Shown: piece after piece, positions 35,968 through 39,976 of the stretch
Layout of the letters: each line of letters opens with the position of its first letter
How positions within the stretch are numbered: position 1 is the first letter of the stretch
Assembly: GCA_032718475.1 (NCBI GenBank)
Contig: JAUCBJ010004681.1
Location: 1-39,976, forward strand
Origin: Nemertoderma westbladi
Lineage: Eukaryota; Animalia; Xenacoelomorpha
DNA length: 39,976 bases
Reading direction: 5' to 3'
Position numbers and translations under genes: made by a program
The notes under the pieces: generated by a model
Seen by the model: only the letters and a program-made list of their open reading frames with translations
What the model was told of the DNA's origin: nothing
The model's database searches: none

Positions 35968-38900
35968 AACAATAATAACAATTACAATTACAATAATAAC
36001 AATTACAATTACAATAATAACAATTACAATAATAACAATTACAATTACAATAATAACAATTACAATTACAATAATACAATTACAATTACAATAATACAAT
36101 ACAATTACAATTACAATAATAACAATTACAATTACAATAATAACAATTACAATAATACAATTACAATTACAATAATACAATTACAATTACAATAATAACA
36201 ATTACAATTACAATAATAACAATTACAATAATAACAATTACAATTACAATAATAACAATTACAATTACAATAATACAATTACAATAATAACAATTACAAT
36301 TACAATAATACAATTACAATTACAATAATAACAATTACAATTACAATAATACAATTACAATAATACAATTACAATTACAATAATAACAATTACAATTACA
36401 ATAATACAATTACAATAATAACAATTACAATTACAATTACAATTACAATTACAATAATAACAATTACAATTAACAATTACAATTACAATAATAACAATTA
36501 CAATTACAATAATACAATTACAATATAACAATTACAATTACAATATACAATTACAATAATAACAATTACAATTACAATTACAATAATAACAATTACAATA
36601 ATAACAATTACAATTACAATTACAATAATAACAATTACAATAATACAATTACAATTACAATTACAATAATAACAATTACAATAATAACAATTACAATTAC
36701 AATAATAACAATTACAATTACAATAATAACAATTACAATAATACAATTACAATTACAATTACAATTACAACATTACAATTACAATTACAATAATAACAAT
36801 TACAATAATAACAATTACAATTACAATAATAACAATTACAATTACAATAATACAATTACAATTACAATAATAACAATTACAATTACAATAATAACAATTA
36901 CAATTAACAATTACAATTACAATAATAACAATTACAATTACAATAATAACAATTACAATAATAACAATTACAATTACAATAATAACAATTACAATAATAA
37001 CAATTACAATTACAATAATAACAATTACAATTACAATAATAACAATTACAATTACAATAATACAATTACAATTACAATAATAACAATTACAATTACAATA
37101 ATAACAATTACAATAATAACAATTACAATTACAATAATAACAATTACAATTACAATATACAATTACAATTACAATAATAACAATTACAATTACAATAATA
37201 ACAATTACAATAATAACAATTACAATTACAATAATAACAATTACAATTACAATAATAACAATTACAATTACAATAATAACAATTACAATTACAATAATAA
37301 CAATTACAATTACAATAATAACAATTACAATAATAACAATTACAATTACAATTACAATAACAATTACAATAATAACAATTACAATTACAATTACAATTAC
37401 AATTACAATTACAATAATACAATTACAATTACAATAATAACAATTACAATTACAATAATAACAATTACAATAATAACAATTACAATTACAATAATAACAA
37501 TTACAATTACAATAATAACAATTACAATAATAACAATTACAATTACAATAATAACAATTACAATAATAACAATTACAATTACAATAATAACAATTACAAT
37601 TACAATTACAATTACAATAATAACAATTACAATAATACAATTACAATTACAATAATAACAATTACAATTACAATAATAACAATTACAATTACAATTAACA
37701 ATTACAATTACAATAATAACAATTACAATTACAATAATAACAATTACAATAATAACAATTACAATTACAATAATAACAATTACAATTACAATAATAACAA
37801 TTACAATAATAACAATTACAATTACAATAATAACAATTACAATTACAATTACAATTACAATTACAATTACAATATACAATTACAATAATAACAATTACAA
37901 TTACAATAATAACAATTACAATAATAACAATTACAATTACAATAATAACAATTACAATAATAACAATTACAATTACAATAATAACAATTACAATTACAAT
38001 AATAACAATTACAATAATAACAATTACAATTACAATAATAACAATTACAATAATAACAATTACAATTACAATAATAACAATTACAATTACAATTAACAAT
38101 TACAATAATAACAATTACAATTACAATAATAACAATTACAATAATAACAATTACAATTACAATAATAACAATTACAATTACAATAATAACAATTACAATA
38201 ATACAATTACAATTACAATAATAACAATTACAATAATAACAATTACAATTACAATTACAATTACAATTAACAATTACAATTACAATAATACAATTACAAT
38301 AATACAATTACAATTACAATAATAACAATTACAATTACAATAATAACAATTACAATAATAACAATTACAATTACAATAATAACAATTACAATAATAACAA
38401 TTACAATTACAATAATAACAATTACAATTACAATTAACAATTACAATTACAATTACAATTACAATTACAATTACAATTACAATTACAATAATAACAATTA
38501 CAATTACAATAACAATTACAATACAATTACAATAACAATTACAATACAATTACAATAACAATTACAATTACAATTACAATTACAATAATAACAATTACAA
38601 TTACAATAATACAATTACAATAATAACAATTACAATTACAATTAACAATTACAATTACAATAATACAATTACAATAATAACAATTACAATTACAATAATA
38701 ACAATTACAATAATAACAATTACAATTACAATAATAACAATTACAATTACAATAATACAATTACAATTAACAATTACAATTACAATAATAACAATTACAA
38801 TTACAATTACAATTACAATTACAATTACAATTACAATTACAATTACAATTACAATTACAATTACAATACAATTACAATTACAATAATACAATTACAATTA

Positions 38901-39600
38901 CAATAATAACAATTACAATAATACAATTACAATTACAATTACAATTACAATTACAATTACAATAATAACAATTACAATTACAATTACAATTACAATTACA
39001 ATAATACAATTACAATTCAACAATTACAATTACAATTACAATTACAATTACAATAATACAATTACAATTACAATTAACAATTACAATAATAACAATTACA
39101 ATTACAATTACAATTACAATAATACAATTACAATATACAATTACAATTACAATATACAATTACAATTACAATTACAATTACAATTACAATTACAATAATA
39201 ACAATTACAATTACAATTAACAATTACAATAATACAATTACAATTACAATAATACAATTACAATTACAATAATAACAATTACAATAATACAATTACAATT
39301 ACAATTACAATAATAACAATTACAATACATAACAATTACAATTACAATAATTACAATTACAATAATAACAATTACAATTACAATAATTACAATTACAATA
39401 ATAACAATTACAATTACAATAATACAATTACAATTACAATACATAACAATTACAATAATTACAATTACAATTACAATACAATAACAATTACAATTACAAT
39501 AATAACAATTACAATTACAATAATAACAATTACAATTACAATAATAACAATTACAATAATTACAATTACAATTACAATAATAACAATTACAATTACTAAT
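35968..39600. repeat. Compound AT-rich microsatellite of interleaved CAATTA, CAATAATAA and CAATAATA words, ~3.6 kb
   Basis: Directly visible; no G on the plus strand; lies upstream of exon A. Confidence 0.97.
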
Positions 39601-39976
39601 AATAATTAGTAATATTAATTTATTAATTAATTTATTAATTAATTAATTTATTTTAATATTAATTAATTACTAATATAATTACTAATAACTTACTGTAGGA
39701 CTATTGTACCTATTTTTACATTGCACACGGAGGGAGGTGAGATATAACTGCAGATTTAAAATTAATGTCTATATACATTTAATTTCGCGACAAAATAATA
39801 TCAAAAAAACTAAATATATCGAATACCACACATAAAATCGATCTGAAATTTTGTAACGCGATTATGAACCACCAAAACAATGTACTTGCAAAATTTAATC
39901 AAAAAAGGTAGGCAGGAAGTGTACGAAACTGCAATTCCGGTATATGGATAGTCTATGGATGGATAGCTATGATATC

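Noticed and set aside
35956-39444. Cys/Asn/Tyr-rich and Ile/Val-rich ORFs resembling metallothionein or membrane peptides
   Set aside because: Low-complexity microsatellite translations with constant frame switching.
39694-39768. Possible further upstream prominin exon on minus ((TLILNLQ)LYLTSLRVQCKNRYNSPT, donor ACA|gtaagt, phase 0)
   Set aside because: Phase-compatible, but acceptors are weak, similarity to prominin is unconvincing and the surroundings look like a dispersed repeat. Left uncalled pending cDNA.

Overview
Eukaryotic (probably invertebrate animal) genomic DNA, with no prokaryotic features. The window holds the middle of one minus-strand, multi-exon prominin (CD133/PROM1-family) gene. 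I read ten phase-consistent GT-AG exons by hand (35790-35919, 34771-34946, 30681-30810, 26332-26479, 25787-26167, 25234-25333, 7430-7585, 5410-5585, 4815-4953, 4365-4526). They total 1698 nt, or 566 codons with no stop, and cover part of extracellular loop 1, TM3-TM4 and extracellular loop 2; both ends of the gene lie outside the window. About 70% of the window is tandem repeat, and nearly every large intron carries its own unrelated array (units of 27, 20/19, 45, 23, 5, 29/31, 22, 32, 21 and 6/8/9 bp). Most notable: two arrays are amplifications of the gene's own splice junctions. The 27-bp unit is exon end plus GTGAGT donor (~43 copies) and the 29/31-bp unit is TTTTAG acceptor plus exon start (~60 copies), and use of any decoy copy gives an immediate stop. 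All three recognisable retroelements (a decayed RTE-type LINE, a 5'-truncated CRE-like RLE element and a solo LTR) sit inside those two arrays. The long repetitive ORFs in the track are artefacts of the repeats.
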